From Macrostomum lignano (Eukaryota), in the NCBI GenBank assembly GCA_002269645.1, contig NIVC01001921.1, forward strand, positions 124,001-188,000: a stretch of DNA of 64,000 nt, given 5' to 3'. The position numbers and the translations under genes are program-made. This document shows positions 60,328 to 64,000 of this stretch, one piece after another. Within the stretch, counting starts at the first letter, position 1. Each line of letters opens with the position of its first letter. Under the pieces are notes generated by a model that had not been told where the DNA came from, did not search any database, and saw only the letters and a program-made list of their open reading frames with translations.

Positions 60328-62859
60328 GCGCGAGCAATGGAGGAGATGATGGAGCATCTGCCAGTTCTTCCCAGCAGCCGCAGCAGCAGCAGCAGCAGCA
60401 GCAGCACATCAATGATGTGAGTTTTTTATCTCCAATTTGTTTGAAGCTTTCCGACCCGCATGTCCCAATCGTACTACTAAGTGACTACTGTCGGCAACTC
60501 TTTTTTTAGTAGTAGTTGTTTACCGTGTCTTTCTTTAAGCAACAATCCGCGCGTTTTAATTTGCAGATATTCCGCTTGCCCGACTCGGACGCGGGTGAGT
60601 GAATGACAGCTGCATTGCCAGAATATGATCATCTGTTTTAGCTAATGCATTACTTAAGGTAAATGGGGATTCTCGGGGATCGGAGAATGAGATCCGATGC
60701 GCGAGGGGACCCCACCCAGATGGCTCGATAATCCTGGCGGCTGCTGGATTTCTAGGAAAATCTGGCGCGCAAGAAAAACACGCAAGCAGAAGCGGGCGAG
60801 CTCAGCACTCGGGCGGAGGCTGGGGGTGTGGGAGGGGTGGGGCCGGCTGCCGACGAATCCCAGACAGCCCTGCCCGCTGCACGGCCTCTCAGACTAGAAA
60901 AGACCCCCCATAAGAAGCTGGCAACTCCAGAATAGCTTCATCTGATTGCATTCCCGCCAGCCTCTCATCCCCCGCGGCTGCGTCCGAATCCCCGAAGTCT
61001 TCGAATCCGCAAAACCTCCTCAGCACGGATGGACGGCGGCGCGGCCGACGACAACTCCGAGGCCGCAGCGGCGCCGCCGCCGCCCACCGCCGCCCAGCTG
61101 AGACGCCGGTCCGGCCGACGCTCGCAGGAGGACGGCGACGGGGCGGCTGCGACAATGTCGGGCACCCCGCCGCCGAGACCGACGCCTCCGTTGACAGCCG
61201 GAAGCGGTAGGGGCGGCGCGAGCGGCGGCGGCGGCGGCAGCGGCGCTGGCGGCAGGCGGCTGTCGAGCATCGAGATGATGGTGCAGAACGAGGACGGCGA
61301 GGCCGAGGAAGTTGAAATCGACGTTGCCGACACGGAGGACGACGTCGTGGCGCCGCTCGCGAAAGGTGAGCGAAGAACTTTTAATGTCGATTATTGCTGT
61401 TTCTGAGCAGTGGGATGCCTGCTTTGAGGTCTTATCTTTGTGAAGGCTCTATGTGTGGTGCGTGTAAAAGGGGTCATTGTGTGTCAAATGTGACACTTGT
61501 GTCAGAAAGTGTCATTTTGTGTCAGTTTTTCACGTGTTGTTTCGTTACTGTCGCGCCAAATCAAACAAACAAATCGTATTTATTTTTACATTTCGAATCG
61601 TCAAGGAACGCCTGAGAACTCGCCACCAGAGTAAGTTATGAGTGGCTTGACTGAGACACTGGCTGCTCAAGTTCGAATTGAGTCTGTCTGGGCTTGAAAA
61701 CGCCATTCGTTCAGTAGTTTTCCTCTGCAATTTTTTCAAACAAATCATTTCTCTGACAACTGGCTTGTCGCAAAGTAACTCCTTGGTTTGAAGCTCTGCT
61801 GCTGAGAGATTTTCTAACTTTCATCTCTATTAGTTGCAGCGTGATAGTTTAAAAAGTTGCTTTATTTTTGTGGCTTTTTTAATCAGCATTTGCTAACACA
61901 TTGCAGCAAACTGTGAACTGGCCCTCACTAGCTCAGCCCCTCACTCCCCTAGCCCCTCACTCCCCCAGCCCCTCACTCCCACAGCCTCTCACTCCCCCAA
62001 CCCCTCACTCCCCTAGCCTCTCACTCCCCAGCCCCTCACTCCCCCAGCCCCTCACTCCCCCAGCTTCTCACTCCCCCAGCCCCTCACTCCCCCAGCCCCT
62101 CACTCCCCCAGCTTCTCACTCCCCCAGCTTCTCACTCCCCCAGCCCCTCACTCCCCCAACCCTTCACTCCCCCAGCCCCTCACTCCCCCAACCCCTAACT
62201 CCCCTAGCCTCTCACTCAACTCCCCCTAGCCCCTCACTCCCCCAGCCCCTCACTCCCCCAACCCCTCACTCCCCCAGCCCCTCACTCCCCCAGCCCCTCA
62301 CTCCCCCAGCCCTCATTCCCCTAGCCTCTCACTCCCCCAGCCCCTCACTCCCCCAGCCCCTCACTCCCCCAGCCCCTCACTCCCCCAGCCCCTCACTCCC
62401 CCAACCCCTCACTCCCCCAGCCCCTCACTCCCCCAACCCCTAACTCCCCTAGCCTCTCACTCCCCAGCCCCTCACTCCCCCAACCCCTCACTCCCCCAGC
62501 CCCTCATTCCCCTAGCCTCTCAGCACCCAATCGCTCTCAAACATTTGACCCTCAGCCTCTCAAAGCCTCAAAGCTGCTCAGAGCCCCTCTCACCGCTCGC
62601 ACTGTCCCTCCCCCGCCCACCCGCAGACAACCAGCGCTGTCGCAAGCAGCCCATAGCGGACCGGATCAGCCGCCGGCGCAACTCTGAGGTGGCCGCCGAC
62701 ATCATCCGGATGTCGGCCGCGCACCGCAGGCGCGAATTCGCCGCACTCATCGACGAGCACCAGGCCATCGTGCGCGAGCTCGAAGGCCAAAAGCCGCAGC
62801 AGCAGCATCAGCCAGCTCCGAGGTCAGACAAGGAGAACATCGGTCGCCCGGGCCGCTGA
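60328..62859 (+). CDS. 3' part of an uncharacterised protein with C-terminal coiled-coil; candidate exons 60328-60416, 60567-60594, 60961-61365, 62627-62859
   Basis: Four GT-AG exons are phase-compatible (1,0,1,1) and end in RISRRRNSEVAADIIRMSAAHRRREFAALIDEHQAIVRELEG...DKENIGRPGR*. Further upstream exons (about 54850-60250) are likely but unresolved. Confidence 0.6.
61925..62520. repeat. 17-bp C-rich minisatellite (CCCCTCACTCCCCCAGC), intronic
   Basis: Visible tandem array. Confidence 0.96.
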
Positions 62860-63099
62860 ACGCTGCAATTTCATAGAGTTTTTTGGAAGCTTGAGTTGTC
62901 CTTATTTGAAACTGTGCAGATTTTTAAACTGTGGAGAATTTTGTGTCCGCTCATCCCGTGCTCCCCCCACCCAGCAGCTTCTGCCTGCTCTCGCAATGCC
63001 TCTCTGCCTTTGAGCTGTTGACTGTCCGCTCGTATGATGCTCTCCTTTTGACATCCAATGACCCCACCTGACCCCTGACCCCTTGCTCTCTCCCGGACT

Positions 63100-63440
63100 C
63101 TCTGTGCCCTTTCTCCCTCGCTCTCTCTACCTTCTCTCTCCCACCCTTTGTGCCCTCTCTGTCTCACCCTCTGTACCCTCTCCCCCTCACCCTCTCCACC
63201 CTCTCCACCTCACACTCTCTACCTTCTCTCTCTCACCCTCTGTGCCCTCTCTCCCTCACCCTCTCCACCCTTTCCCCTTACACTCTCTACCCTCTTTCTC
63301 ACCCTCTGTACCCTCTCCTCCTCAACCTCTCTACCTTTTCTCCCTCACCCCCTCTACCCTCTCTCCCTCACCCTCTCTACCCTCTCTCCCTCACCCTCTC
63401 TACCCTCCCTCCCCCGCACCCTCTACCCTTCCCCTCTCTA
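63100..63440. repeat. degenerate CT-rich repeat (CTCACCCTCTCTACC-like)
   Basis: Visible. Confidence 0.88.
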
Positions 63441-64000
63441 GCCTGTCAATCATCAATGATAAATATTGTCTTTAATTGTGTTGTCTCTGTTTCTGGTATT
63501 TTATTATCAATGTAATTCTTGCCTATGTTTTGCTTCGCTCACTGCCTGAGCTGTCACAGGTGTCCGGGCAGAGTATCAGAACATTTCGTTTAGTTTGTAC
63601 ATCATCATCGACATGGCTGTTCTCAATGGTCCAATTCAGGAAAATAAGTCATGATTCCATTTTCTTGGAAAAGTATCAATATTTATTGTTTATGTCACGC
63701 GCCGCGCCAATTTAAATTCCAAGCCGAACGTGCTATTTTCTAAGAAACCCGAGCGTTTGAATTTCAGGCTCACTAAAAAAGCTAATTATCGAGGTGGAAA
63801 ATTTCGGAAAAAACTTGCAAATGGTCTGAGCTGACGCACTTCCTCCCATTGGGTGTCTTCTCTTTGATTGCAATCCTGAGCCTTGAGCTGATCACAGTCA
63901 CTCTCGCGCCCTCCTACTCAAATCTCTTCATTTCCTTCCTTAGTTTATATTTTCACCGAAATCAATTTTTTGTTTCTTTGGCGTCCGCCCTGCGTTGCTT

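Overview
Eukaryotic (metazoan) genomic DNA with GC-rich exons, mostly GTGAG-type donors, and very high tandem-repeat content (my rough tally is about 22 kb, a third of the window). The style suggests a flatworm such as Macrostomum, but that is inference only. Genes recognised by hand-splicing and motif recognition are: the 3' part of an SLC4A11-like transporter (+), a small TNFR-like type I membrane protein with an ITIM-like tail (-), a DENND2-like Rab GEF (+), CFAP299 (-), a divergent Sar1 GTPase (+) and a TTLL10-like tubulin glycylase (-). Two further multi-exon genes (+) have no recognisable domain. Mobile DNA includes a broken Helitron-type element (RepHel N-terminus with OTU protease, plus a spliced RPA70-like OB-fold gene), HINE-like short elements, a decayed piggyBac with TTAA ends, a foldback/MITE, and probable hAT and mariner remnants. 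No rRNA, tRNA or CRISPR array was seen. The most striking unexplained structure is the minisatellite landscape. Almost every long intron carries its own private minisatellite, and about 11 of 24 otherwise unrelated arrays share the core TCAC(T/C)C / G(A/G)GTGA. That core resembles a 5' splice site on one strand and a branch point on the other. Most long ORFs in the supplied track are repeat artefacts. All homology calls are from memory of family motifs, not from database searches.
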